A stretch of DNA of 64,000 nt from Pecten maximus (lineage: Eukaryota): positions 1,116,001 through 1,180,000 of the forward strand of contig NC_047017.1 in NCBI RefSeq assembly GCF_902652985.1. The letters run 5' to 3'. Shown here in pieces: positions 38,547 to 51,915 of the stretch. Positions within the stretch are counted from its first letter, which is position 1, and each line of letters starts with the position of its first letter. The position numbers and the translations under genes were made by a program. Below the pieces are notes generated by a model that saw only the letters and a program-made list of their open reading frames with translations, did not search any database and was not told the origin of the DNA.

Positions 38547-41500
38547 GTTAGTTAGTTTAATTTAGTTTATTTCCGAATGTAGCACAACATATAGGAATTA
38601 CATAATACATAAACGTACATTACAATTCATTTGAACAAGATGGCGGAGAACACAACCGATATAATTATAATTCATACCATTACACACATGTATTATAACA
38701 CACTCTCTAAAGCAAGCAAAATAACGAAACTAGACAAATACTGTTTAACGCAATTCAGTTATTGGGTGGATATTCTTTTGGACGAAGCATGCATTAGGTA
38801 TTTACTGAAATTTTTAACATTTTTATTTGCATATAATTCAGTTAACTTGAATACAGAAGGGCGGCGATAAAAATACGGCTTGATGTACACACTTCTCAAC
38901 TCTGAATAAACTGGACATAATAATATAAAATGAGTTTCATCTTCAACTTCCCTTCTATTACATAATACACACAGTCTTTGGGCTCTAGGAATACCTTGGT
39001 ATCTACCAGTTTCAACACTTAAATCGTGTGCTTGTATCCTAAACTAAGTAAGTACATTTCTAAATTTAAAAGACTTCGTGAGATACAACTGCAATTCAAA
39101 TCGATCTACAATATGCTGATATAAAATACATTTAGAAGAATTTTCGAAATTGTTTCTCAAATCTTGGATAAAATATCATGCACCCGTTGTGTGTATAACA
39201 GCAAAAAATGTTTTTCATTAGGAACACACATGGACAACCAGACGTCATAGAATCCGAAACTACTAAGCTCATGCTTTACATGATACATGAGATTCATTTT
39301 ACATCTTGGCTTTGCTACGTTAAGCTAGACAAGTTCATTATAACATGTTTTTAAAACACAATTATCCGTATTCAGAAGTTTAATCCAATATTTTAAAACA
39401 GAAATCTTGCGACTAATTTCTAAAAGGAAACGTCCAAGCTCAGAGTAGACCATGAAGAATTGGCGGTCTTGTTTTTTATATACCACGTACATTTCTTAAG
39501 AACAGTAAGTGTACTATCTTTAACTGTGGTGCCGGACAAAATCCCCAAACTTCACATCCATAGTTCAGTAAACATGAGATATAGGTATCAAATTATGACA
39601 ATTTAGTTTCACAATTTAACATGAATCTTTTCATTTTCCTGTTTAACAAGAAGTAAGCTTTTCTGCCTTGCATAGCAAAGTTATTCAAAGCAACAGTAAA
39701 TTTACCATTATAATTAAAAATCAGACCAAGGTAACAAAATTGATCTACCAACTCAATTGGCATACCATTGTATGTCCAGCGTTTAATATGATAAATCCAT
39801 TTACTATTCCTGAACACAACAATTTTAGTTTTTTTCCAGGTTTACCTCTAAATCCCATCGTGAAGAATACGAATGCAGAAAGTCTAGCATGTTTTGAAGG
39901 TCATGTATGTCTTCTGAAAACAGGACGGTATCGTCAGCGTACATTAAAATGAACAGATTAATCAGCTGCAACCTGATAACTTTGACAATTAGAATTAATT
40001 AACTCTGATTCTATATCATTAATGAATAAAGAAAATAAAATCGGGGACAACGATTCCCCTTGTAATAATCCGACATGTAAGTCAAACAATGCCGACAACT
40101 TACCATTTAGCTTAACACAAGATTTAACGTTATCGTATATCGATCTAATAATATCTAACAAACGCCCTCTGACCCCTGCTTTCCATAATTTGAGCCACAT
40201 TTGGTTTGTTTTTGGGTTAACGTCCTATTAATAGCCAGGGTCATTTAAGAACGTGCCAGGTTTGGAGGTGGAGGAAAGCCGGAGTTACCCGGAGAAAAAC
40301 CACCGGCCTACGGTCAGTACCTGGCAACTGCCCCACGTAGGTTTCGAACTCGGTGGAGGGCTAGTGTTAAAGTGTCGGGAACCTTAATTTGAGCCACAAC
40401 ATTTTATGGGATATACTATCAAATGCCTTCCCTGTAATCAACAAACACGCAATACAGTCTTTTATTATTTTGTAAAGTCTTGGTAATTAAGGTATTGAAA
40501 ACAAAAATTGCGTCTCTGGTCCCACATTTAGGCCGAACCCCAAACTGTGCGTCAGAAATGACATTTTCACTTTCACTCCACACCAATAAATGATTATTCA
40601 GAAGAGAAGTAAAAAGCTTAGCTAATTGACTAATAATTGTGATACCTCTATAGTTACTGACGTTATTTTTATCACCTTTTTATATACAGGTACAATAATA
40701 CCCTGCGTCCAGACTTTGGGAAAATATCCTACATTAAGGATAGCATTAAAAAGTTTTAGTAAAACTGGTGCGAATAGATCGCTGTATTCGGTAAAATACT
40801 CGTTGAACAACAAATCAATACCAGCAGCCTTACCTTTAGGGAGACTAGTGATAACAGTTAATAATTCCTTGAGATTAAATACGACATCGAGCTCAGGATA
40901 GACACACTCATTGTTATCAATATGTACATCATCACTCTCTGATTCAGACGGATTATCAGATAAATTCATGAAATGTTAAAAAAAATCGTCAAGTGACAGA
41001 TCACCAGTACTACCAGACTTCCGTTTCGAAAAATTGTTGATAGAAAGCCTTAGGATCATTACGATTTAAGGCGACCATCATGTCCCCCTCCATTTGGAGG
41101 TACTTACGTTTCATTTAAGCCTCATAACATTTATAGCTCTATTCTGAACGGGCCAAAATGGCTCTTTGCTTATTAGACTTACATCTATTAAAATGATACA
41201 GGGCACTTTTATATTTGTTATATAATCGCTTACATTCAGGGTCGAACCAAGGTTTTCCTGGCTCTTTGGATTTTTTAAGATGAGACTCATGACAAAAGCA
41301 ATTGCAGTTCATAACAGTTCTTCTCTGAATACAAAAAAACGGTTAAATATAGAATGAATATTTTCTGTAAAGGTGTCCAGACAAAGGCCAATACTCTCAG
41401 GCGTATTCACAAGCTCACTGAATGAGTTAATGAGCATGCATCTATTGTCACATTTCGTTGATTTGTCCATGTCAACACCAGACCAAGATACAAACTTTAT

Positions 41501-43600
41501 CGAAGAGGTTTTACTATCGTTTCGACACAAGCAACCCTTAGTTTTCACTTTCAATGTTTGCGATAATGGCGCGTGGTCAGAGTATTCATTAAAAGGACCA
41601 ACCTCAAAACTATCGACCAGATCCATAGATTCACTGTTACAGAGTGTGTAGTTGATCACACTTGTACCCAAAGCATTGTAAAAAGTTATCTTATTACAAA
41701 GACATGACCCATAGAACTGAATCTCCCAATACCACTTTCAAGGAGGTCAAACATATCCTCTTCGTAAACAGTAGAGAAAGTAGACCTTTCAGGCGGTAAG
41801 TAAATTAATGCAATAAATAAATCTTTTCCGTCAAAAAATAGGTTACCATGTATCCTTATCCACACAATGCTATCAGCTACAACCACCTCTAAATTGATAT
41901 AATCCTTAAGCCAAGATTTGAATAAACAAACAATACCGCCACCTTTACATTTAGCTCGCTGAAAAGGCGGGAAACATTCAAACTCTCTTACAGTAAAGTT
42001 TTCAACATCGTTCAATCAACACTCAGTTAGGCACACGATATCATACGCCTTTAATATATTATGAAAGCCCTCATTATCAAGCTTTATGTTCAAGTTTCTC
42101 TGGACGTTCCAAGAACATAATTAAAGAGACGAAATGTCCTCCGCTGACCCCTATAAGTCAACGCACTTCACTGAAGTCTGATCTACATCAGAATCCAGCT
42201 CAGATTCGCTGCGTGTAGTATAAGAGGGCGGCATCTTAGAATCCGTATCTAATACCTCTCTGGCATCTGCCAGGTGTTCCGATACGGACTTCACATGACT
42301 AACCCCAGCGCTACTCAGTTCGTCAACTAGCATGGTCACACCGACATGGCCAGGAGTACTAGGAGGGACGCTCAACCACTTCGACATAGGTCCGGTCTCA
42401 GTAAAAACATGGAATTGGCAGTTAGCACTGCTTCCTACAACATTAATGTCACTACAGTTACTACATTGGAATTGACTGTTATTGGTCACATTCACACTAG
42501 GTGGTAATTCATGACGTGGTCTAGATGACACAGGAGCGGGTGTAGTATCATGATGGTTCGGTCCTAAGGTGTGGATGGAGTGCGATGTCTTTTCATGCCT
42601 CTCTTGTCGTTCACAGGAGTTACGGCTGCCGGTGTACTGACCACATCACTGTATGTTTTCATCTGAATCGGCATTTTGTTATGGCTATGATGTTGGTATG
42701 GCTTTCCATCTACAAACAGCTTGTCCCTAACCAGCTTGGCTTTACGACCAGTCCTTTTAAAGTCCTTGAGTATTGGATACAGGGATCTTCGCCTATCTTC
42801 CACCTCCTTGGGGAATCGCTCGTTAATACCGAATATGGTGCCCTTCTTTGTCTTTGTGGAAAAGAAATGCTGCCACAGTAGGCCTAAGGTTTCCATTATA
42901 CTTTTTGCCGAACCTGTGTACATTTGTAAGATCTACAAATTTAGTAGTGTTCAGGTAACGGTTAAAAAAGTCTCTAAGCTGGGTCTCCGTATCCTCTCGC
43001 GGTATGTTTCAGGAATCCCATGGAAAATTAAATTACGTTTCATTGACCTACATTAAAGATCTCAGTCTTTGTTGTGTTTCCACTGAGTCCATCAATCTGT
43101 TTTCTGCACATTTCGCGTTATACTCTGCTAATTCCTGTTGCTTTTGTAACCGCTTAATTTCTGTGGTGTTTTGTTCTGTTGTTTTCTTAATTTGCTCATA
43201 AAAATAACTCATTGTTTCAGCACTTCTTTCACATTCAACTGGGTTTTTCCCCTTTTGTTTCACGAACTTCCTTTTCCAAAACACGCACTCTGCCTGTCAA
43301 GCGTTCAGGCAACTTTCTATATTATCTATTTTCTTCACATGTTTCTCTATACTGTCAAGTCTTAAGCTCAATGTACTGATGCTACGCAATATTTCTAGTA
43401 CTGATTTTTCCGTTGCGGGTGCAGAGGCCATATTAGTATAAAATAATCCACACACAGTACACACCGCAGCGCATTCCACAATTCAATTGTTCAATGTTCA
43501 ATAGAGCATGAGCAAGTATATAACAAGTCAATATCTATAAATAGTACCGTGATTATGGCTATATAGGACAATAAGAAAATGTCTCTAAAATGCACAATTC
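38547..43600 (-). mobile_element. Near full-length decayed two-ORF non-LTR retrotransposon (RTE-X-like; clade uncertain)
   Basis: ORF1 (~43431-42564): coiled coil, RSMKRNLIFHGIPET, GINERFPKEVEDRRRSLYP..DKLFVDGK (L1-ORF1/RRM-like). ORF2: APE endonuclease SWNV, CLTE, GGG, SDHAP; RT KAAGIDL, NYRGI, KAFDSI, GLLQGESLSPILFSLFIND, MYADDTVL (~39925-39943), FCYLG; C-terminal HDLSVETGRY..EDETHFILLC. 3' end aataaa followed by ctaaa/ctaa repeats. Many frameshifts. Confidence 0.92.
40200..40384 (-). mobile_element. 5'-truncated tRNA-derived SINE inserted into the LINE RT domain, 14-bp TSD
   Basis: Same family as 61041-61266; flanked by identical taatttgagccaca at 40186-40199 and 40385-40398; removing it restores MLWLKLWKAGVRG. 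Confidence 0.95.
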
Positions 43601-43956
43601 CAGAGAGTCACTTGCACACGGATAACTCTTAACTAATCTCCACAAAAAATCAGCACAGAATATCATTTACATGGGCCATACTCGTAATGGAAATGGACAA
43701 TAACGGCCCTCATACCTCTGGGGCTGTGTATGACAACATGTCTGGGCGTCATCTTGTTAACTTGTGGAGGACATTTTTCCGAGGGAGATGTCGCCGTATT
43801 GAATCCCATGTTTAGGAGGTACATTTGTACCATAACCTTTTAGGACTCTGTGACTTTTTCCTTCCATGTTGTCTGTTGCAAGGTTTTCAAGCGACGTAAC
43901 TTAATGATTTGCTGTGAAGTTCTTGTTGATGTGAAGAGATTAAGAAATGTATCGTG

Positions 43957-44071
43957 CATTTATGGCCTTGGTCGCAGGATGTGAAGGTTAATTTACCCTC
44001 GGGTGTCATAGTTCCCGAGGGTAAGCCCTAGGATCAACCTTCATATTTCCCTGCAACCAGGGCCATAAATG
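43957..44071. repeat. Imperfect palindrome (hairpin end of a probable non-autonomous element extending to ~44560)
   Basis: catttatggccttggtcgcagg..gaaggtt pairs with aaccttc..cctgcaaccagggccataaatg; inner ttaccctcggg/cccgagggtaa. Confidence 0.8.
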
Positions 44072-44424
44072 GTTTATAATACCGAAAAATAATAATATGA
44101 TATGATATTCAAAAATAGCGTCAACATATATAAATACCATTTTTATCACAAACCCCTGTGGTCCGAGTCACATGAGTGATACGATTCTAAGTCCAGGTAT
44201 TATTACACGTGCCGCATTACTTTAGAAACTCTCGGAAACAATTGACCGGTTCACTTGTTGACATTTTCGTGTTCAGAAATTCTTGTTTTGCATTTTTTTT
44301 TTATCTATGTCTGCTTCTTCGACAGCTCGAAAACTTGTTTGTGTTTCTGTTCGTCTGCCATTTGAAAACAACCAGAAGGAGCACGCGCCCCAGTGATATT
44401 TGAAGTTTTATTTCCCTCGCGAGA

Positions 44425-44486
44425 TTGATTGATTGATTGATTGGGCTTAACGTCAGTGTTCCGGTTATAAGCGAGCCTAGGACACA
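44425..44486 (-). mobile_element. 62-bp extremely 5'-truncated LINE/SINE 3' end with (AATC)n tail and 12-bp TSD
   Basis: tccctcgcgaga at 44413-44424 and 44487-44498; minus strand ends ...gacgttaagcccaatcaatcaatcaatc. Confidence 0.85.
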
Positions 44487-44843
44487 TCCCTCGCGAGAGG
44501 GATATACGATGTTTTATATCCATGTCACGTGATGCGTTTTAACTAATCACAAACGCTGTTATAAGCATTAGGTACAATTTTAAAACTACTGCTCAAAGCG
44601 GAACACGAAATACTTCGACATCTCTAACCCATTTGTACATGTCGTTTGGTCTGAGGTGAAAATGTTACTGAGCGTTCAGCGTTAAAACCTATGGTTCGGT
44701 TTTAAAAAGCTATTGTCACCGCTTTTAAGAGATGAGCACGTAACACGCTTTTTATTTAGTACTATCTTTTCGTAACTCATTCGCAAATATGAGTTTATAA
44801 TTATTTCAATATCTTAAATCAGTGCATTGACGTAGAAAAAAAT

Positions 44844-46125
44844 AACTCCCTCTCCTGTTTAAGTAATCACTAATCTAACTCCCTCCTGTTTAAGTAATCA
44901 CTAATCTAACTCCCGCCTGTTTAAGTAATCACTAATCTAACTCCCTCCTGTTTAAGTAATCACTAATCTAACTCCCTCCTGTTTAAGTAATCACTAATCT
45001 AACTCCCTCCTGTTTAAGTAATCACTAATCTAACTCCCTCCTGTTTAAGTAATCACTAATCTAACTCCCTCCTGTTTAAGTAATCACTAATCTAACTCCC
45101 TCCTGTTTAAGTAATCACTAATCTAACTCCCTCCTGTTTAAGTATTCACTAATCTAACTCCCTCCTGTTTAAGTAATCACTAATCTAACTCCCTCCTGTT
45201 TAAGTAATCACTAATCTAACCCCCTCCTATTTAAATAATCACTAATCTAACTCCCTCCTGTTTAAGTAATCACTAATCTAACTCCCTCCTGTTTAAGTAA
45301 TCACTAATCTAACTCCCTCCTATTTAAATAATCACTAATCTAACTCCCTCCTGTTTAAGTAATCACTAATCTAACTCCCTCCTGTTTAAGTAATCACTAA
45401 TCTAACTCCCTCCTGTTTAAGTAATCACTAATCTAACTCCCTCCTGTTTAAGTAATCACTAATCTAACTCCCTCCTGTTTAAGTAATCTCTAATCTAACT
45501 CCCTCCTATTTAAGTAATCACTAATCTAACTCCCTCCTGTTTAAGTAATCACTAATCTAACTCCCTCCTGTTTAAGTAATCACTAATCTAACTCCCTCCT
45601 GTTTAAGTAATCACTAATCTAACTCCCTCCTGTTTAAGTAATCTCTAATCTAACTCCCTCCTGTTTAAGTAATCACTAATCTAACTCCCTCCTGTTTAAG
45701 TAATCACTAATCTAACTCCCTCCTGTTTAAGTAATCACTAATCTAACTCCCTCCTGTTTAAGTAATCACTAATCTAACTCCCTCCTGTTTAAGTAATCAC
45801 TAATCTAACTCCCTCCTGTTTAAGTAATCTCTAATCTAACTCCCTCCTATTTAAGTAATCACTAATCTAACTCCCTCCTGTTTAAGTAATCACTAATCTA
45901 ACTCCCTCCTGTTTAAGTAATCTCTAATCTAACTCCCTCCTGTTTAAGTAATCACTAATCTAACTCCCTCCTGTTTAAGTAATCACTAATCTAACTCCCT
46001 CCTGTTTAAGTAATCACTAATCTAACTCCCTCCTATTTAAGTAATCTCTAATCTAACTCCCTCCTATTTAAGTAATCTCTAATCTAACTCCCTCCTGTTT
46101 AAGTAATCACTATTCTAACTCCCTC
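44844..46125. repeat. 31-bp minisatellite (ctaactccctcctgtttaagtaatcactaat), ~41 copies
   Basis: Direct periodicity, very homogeneous. Confidence 0.98.
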
Positions 46126-47998
46126 GGATTTAAGTCGTATTCCTCCAAGAGTAGAACTCAAGCTGATCTATTATGAATGCATAAGAGGATTATCGTAAAC
46201 CGATAAATACAAAATATTATTCAAATCATCAACAATATCATTTATTTAAATAAAACACAATAATGTTCTAATAGCAATATAGAACAGAACTAAAACTAGA
46301 CATCCATGTCCGTGCCCAAATATGCGGTCCTACATGTACATAACTTATCCTAGGTTTATAACTCCGCGTGAAGATAGGCCGGACCTATTAAGTAACTTTC
46401 CCTCCGATAAGCATGTCTGTGACTTGGTTGAGCGGTGCTAACGTTTTTTTCTACAGTGGCCTTTGAGTTGCATGCTTTGCGACATTTCCCTGCTTTCTTC
46501 TGATTTACGGGGTACAGACGTGATCACCAGCGGAACATAAACACACGATATTAATGTAGACTCTCTGTTTTACCGATAACAATGTACTTATGAAATGAAG
46601 CATCGTGTAGATCCACAGCGCCACAAACCTTACACAAAGGTGCAAACAATTCACTTTTTACGGAGAACTACAAGCGCTTACAACCTTAAATGATGATAAA
46701 TATTTAAGAAATACATATGACTTTCGCTGCATGTTATGACAAGCTGCAAGCATCGGAATGATAGATAGAGTCATTTTGAATGAAGTTGCAGGCTCTTTCT
46801 ACGTACGCACATATGGAAACCATTCTCTTCTGTTTTAGCAGATAACAAGTTATGGCGACTGAGGTGCTTTGTAATGTTAGAAAATATCAAGTCCGTTAAA
46901 GCTTCTCTCTGTTAGCATGTTTAAAACAAATTAGCCCTGAAATGATACAGATTATCACTTTGATGAATGGAAACAATAATTGTTTTTAACGTATGCAAGA
47001 ATATTTGTATATGAAGCGTTGTGTGGTTATACTTCGTCAATGTGTAAGCTAGGGTGAAAATGTGTTTAATTACTTTCGTTGGCGATTAAATTGGTTACAG
47101 GGTGAGATGCACATCTCAATAGGAAACATGTCCTGCAGTGGGAGACATGGTAATCAATCATTTTGTGGGGCGACATGTTCGAACGGTCTGGCTATGATCG
47201 AGTCGTGACCTCGCCCGACACACATTGCTGATAAACTGTGAGTGATCACTGACCACTGGTCAAACATTCATCATCAAGGAAACAAGACCTTCAGCGGTCA
47301 ACGCGCCCCAAAAATTACTTTGAAATATTTTCTAAAAATCATGATAACTATCTGACTTTCGTTGGCCCTGACGCTATCGGGGTAACGGTCTATTTCAAAT
47401 GATTTTTTTTTCTTTAATCTATATGATATGAACCATTTTAGGCTAATGTGTCATGTGAAATCTGTTTTGAATGTGATGTTTATCCAACATGTCTACATTT
47501 TCATGTCGTTATAGCCAAACACGGCCACAACGGACACGGCCCAGTGGACGATGACAGGTCAGCCATGTGCATGGCCCTTTGCGGCCAATTAGCGACTCCG
47601 CCTCTCGCTGACCATCAACATTGATAAGAAGCATGGTCATTTACGCTTCAAATTATATTTGCAACACTGTTGATCCCAGGACGACTGGATTTGAAGAAAC
47701 ATGACCATTTCCACAATTATTAGTTTTGCAGGGATCCATACATTACCGTGACAATCTCGTCTACTGCAAAGCCAGTCTGGTAATTTCATGGACATTTGAG
47801 GTCATTCGCTTACAGAAGATGTAGTCAAGAAGGACCGTACATCAGATTTTAAATTGAGCCGAACGTAGATATGGCTATGACCATGATTCCCGAAGTCCAA
47901 GCCGAACCAGTCATAGTTATTCCGTAGGGTACATGTACCCTACTATTATGACGTCATCAAACTATGACGTCATAGGATGTACCGAATAAAATTCATAA

Positions 47999-48041
47999 TC
48001 CCCTGAAGAGCGGCAGAATGTAGCCGCGAAAGTACTAGGGA
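47999..48041 (+). ncRNA. Apparently intact minimal type I hammerhead ribozyme
   Basis: UCCC-CUGAAGA-GCGGC-AGAAUGUA-GCCGC-GAAA-GUAC-UA-GGGA: stem I UCCC/GGGA, core CUGANGA, 5-bp GC stem II, GAAA, palindromic stem III AGUACU, CUA cleavage triplet (cut after 48037). Confidence 0.88.
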
Positions 48042-51000
48042 GACAGCAGATCTGTGTTTGGCTATATATATACATGTCAATGTTTTTCGTAACCTCATCA
48101 TCCCGTGGTCTTTATAATTCGGGGTTAAAATAAAAGATAAAATCGTACCTATTATTAAAGTTATACTAACATAATGATTGTATGGATATTAACAGTTATT
48201 CTCCGGGCGATAACTAGAGATGACGTCACTGTCAGAAATGTGATGTTCCTAATACAAATGTACAGTAATAGGTGAAATTTGTTTTGGAGCAAGGCGGTGG
48301 AATTCAACACCTTTAAACAATGAGGACACACTCAACTCCTTTAAAATACTGAAATCTAATTATTTGTAAAAGAACGCCGTGAATATGTCAAATATTGTCA
48401 TAATGGCGGGAAATAATAGAACCAATCTAGTTTTCGGAAATGTTGATATAATAGATATGTTTAAGGTTGCTGACGCGAAATCCAAATTTCGTATTGTTAA
48501 CAAAACAATTCCACACAAAATTTCAACCCGAACAGTTTATATGGAATATTTCATGATTTGAAAAAAAAAAAATCTTGAAGGTTCATGGCCACTTTCTCCT
48601 AGTCAATAAAAAAAACTACGTAATTTTTAACTATCGGTAAAGTATTTAGCATATGTAGTACTGTGTAGTATATGTAGATGTCGTAATATGCATCACATGT
48701 ATATGTCAATTGGAATCCCGATTGATTGAATATTGATCTGTAGGCATCGTTTTTAATTAAGTGTTATAGACATACTTGAATGAGTATGAATTTTGTCTCG
48801 AAGGTTCGTCATTCGGAACTCGAATGTCTCCGTGTTTGCAGAAGAAATCCGAGATGTATCTTGTATCAAAGGGCGGACCGCTCTAGTGTTACTTCTCATA
48901 ATGGCCGCGCCCACTCATCAACACGACACCCAGACAATCCGAGTCTGTTTCGTGCTTTACTCTAATTTTCTTTGATGTATTCATCACATTTGGGTGTAAG
49001 AAGAATTGTCATGCCGTCTTTGAGAACAAGAAATCATTAGGTTGTCACAAACCCCTCGATGACGAGGAAACGCTAATGATAGGCGGCCCCTGTTTGTCAG
49101 CGTGAGTTGTAACAGTTATTGCTACCGTGACAATGATCAGGGTCGATGAGTGATGGCTCCAACAAGAACTACGTCAGAATAATTGTCGTTTGAAAGTTTA
49201 CTCCATGAGAAAATAGCCCATAGGACACAAGATTAATTGAAATCATAGAATTCCGTGAATATTTCGACAAGAGCCCATATTTCGGTATATAATTTATCAT
49301 ATGTATTGAAAGCCAGGGATGGTGTATTTTGGTCATCTAAAATTTTCTCGGTGTTTCTGTGATGACTGACAAAGTTCAAAATACGTCAGGAAACAGATGG
49401 AACCGCGCCACATAATACTCGCATATATTCCGAAAGTGTTGTTCCTGCACAGTGTATTTTAAAATCAATCAACACCTGAATAAGTAATGAATATTTCCCG
49501 GCGACTCCTAAACTTCGACGTTTCTATGTTTGCCGAAGAAAACCATTCATAAATATCATATAAGTTACAAATAATAATAATTCAAGTTTCAATGTTAAAA
49601 AATGATCTGATTTAATCATATTAATTAATGAATCTTTAATTAATGAATCATCAATATCGATATATTAATCAATGGTATAAATAAATGCCCCAACAACAAC
49701 TTGCCTGTGTTATACTAAAAGTCATAGCAAGATAGTGGTATTAACGAGACATCAGATCTCGTTGAAAATGACGGCATCATTGCTTTTCATAGATTTCAAG
49801 AAAATCTGATATACCGCAGATTCAAAGAATTCGGTTGTGTGGCATTATTTCCGCCATCCATCGAATCGGCCAATCATTTACGGTCAATCCTTAACCATGG
49901 AATCAATGCATTTCGAGAAACAGTCATATGCCATCGCTTGTCAAACCTACTCGGCCATTTTATTCAAAACTTTATAGGCCAGTTCTTCCTATAAACCTAA
50001 AGTATTGACACTTGTACTGTATTGTCTTTAGATGAAGCTAACCAAACTCAATGTACATCGATGTTTGCGTGTGGTGATTAGGCTTGCGCAAGAATACCGG
50101 AGACAGATGTAAACAGAACTACTTACCATCGCTTCAAAAATGAAGAAGCATCACTGAAAAAATGTAAAAGAGTGTACATATTGAAGAAGAAAGTGATAAA
50201 AAAAAAACTTAAAAATGAAATCGACCTTCTTCCAAACAGATTTTGTCGTCTGCAATCTATATTGACGTCATGAAACCAACTGCGGCCGATTCCTACTTCG
50301 TAATTTTCTACGTCAGCCGGGCAGAACCGGAACATTTAACTGAATTTGGTTCGGGAGAGTGGAAGAATATTGAAAGGGCACTGTTAGAGTCTGACGACCT
50401 GGAACTGACCGAGACTCCAATGGCCTGTCTCCTATAACTATTTGTTACTCGTTACTTCAGAATGTAGCTGCTTGTGCAGTATTACAATGTACCTTGGAAT
50501 ATTCCGTTTTGATTAGGCCTACCATGCATGTTCTGTCCGAAATTGGAGAAAAAATATTATTTATTTATTTTTTTTTTTTGTGCAAATTTTATAAAAGCAT
50601 CAACTGAAATCCCAAACTTTACGAAATATCCTTTACGATTTACAATGTAATTTTGGGAAAGGGTGTTTCTATGCTGTCATATAGCTTGTGCTAAAGTGTT
50701 ATAAGGGTGGTATTTCGGTTACACGGACAGTCAAATATTTTATCACTTCTATATTGTTCTCTCTTTGGAGTCAAAGTCTTCCCGTTGTCAGTTTTATTCT
50801 TCCTTCAATAAAATACACTTGGTTTATATGAAATCTCACAATGATAGCAACACAATCAATATACAAACAATACGAACATGATCACGTGTCATTTTAATTT
50901 CTTACGATAGAAGACACGGCGATCATCGTTAAATCGTTCTAGACTGGACAAAATAGCTTTTTGGATCCAACATCCGCCGAAAACATCAGCGTTATCAATT

Positions 51001-51780
51001 TAATAATTGGGTCCGAGTCCGGTATCTGTATACTTGCTCGTAAAATTGTACACTTCCGGAAGTTCCGGTGTCGATACTGCAATATTGCGGAAACATGTCG
51101 TAACAGGGTTTGTCATTGAATGATTCCAGAGATACTTTTTTTTTTTTTACTTTAGACAGACCGTCATCGGAGATCCCCCGTGACTGGCTTAGCGACTTCC
51201 ACACGAACAACTTAAAGCGAGTCTTAATGTTTCAAGTTAGATTTTAGTAAGATATTCATAAAACTTATCAGAGTTTGTAAAATACATATTCTTTACCGAT
51301 TTCTGCACCACTTACACAAGACACTATTACAGCATAATTATGTCGTATATACTGTAAATTATACATGGTAATACCAGTTAATTCATATTTCACTGATATG
51401 TTTATGGTAATCAGATGTGAAGAAATGTATTAACCGACTGTATTACATATGTACATCAACTGGTTTATTAACCTTCTAGGCTGAATATTGACACAGTGAT
51501 CAATTATGAACCGTTGGTGATTTTGACCGAAGGTCCTTAATTGTTATATTTGATATGAAAATGGATTGCTAAGAGATTGAATTGCGTTATATTTATCTTG
51601 ATGACGAAATTTACATTTTGGGCATTGCGATGTCACAATGATTATGATATCATCAACACAATAGTGACTCGGTGTTTCTTAAATTAGAAATATCAGGTCA
51701 TTATCTCAAAATTCTCACCTCCACGTGACCATGTTAAAGCCAATGAGAATCGAGGAATATCGGATCAAATCTAAAAATAT

Positions 51781-51915
51781 ACAGTCATGGCGCTTTGTTT
51801 TTATCGATATGATTATTTATGGAACGAAGATAACCAAAATCTCCGGCCTCGGTCGATGTTAGTTATCTGAGCTTCATAAATCATCATATCGTTAATAAGA
51901 ACAGGCCATAACTGT
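51781..51915. repeat. Degenerate ~135-bp palindrome (hairpin element)
   Basis: acagtcatggc..cgatatgattatttatg..agataac pairs with gttatct..cataaatcatcatatcg..gccataactgt. Confidence 0.75.

Noticed and set aside
47731-47778. Possible 48-nt exon (ttttgcag ... gtaatt)
   Set aside because: Splice-like signals only; no recognisable protein or neighbouring exons
47873-47920. SECIS-like AUGA..AA..GA hairpin
   Set aside because: Distance between AUGA and GA is too short for helix II, and there is no selenoprotein ORF
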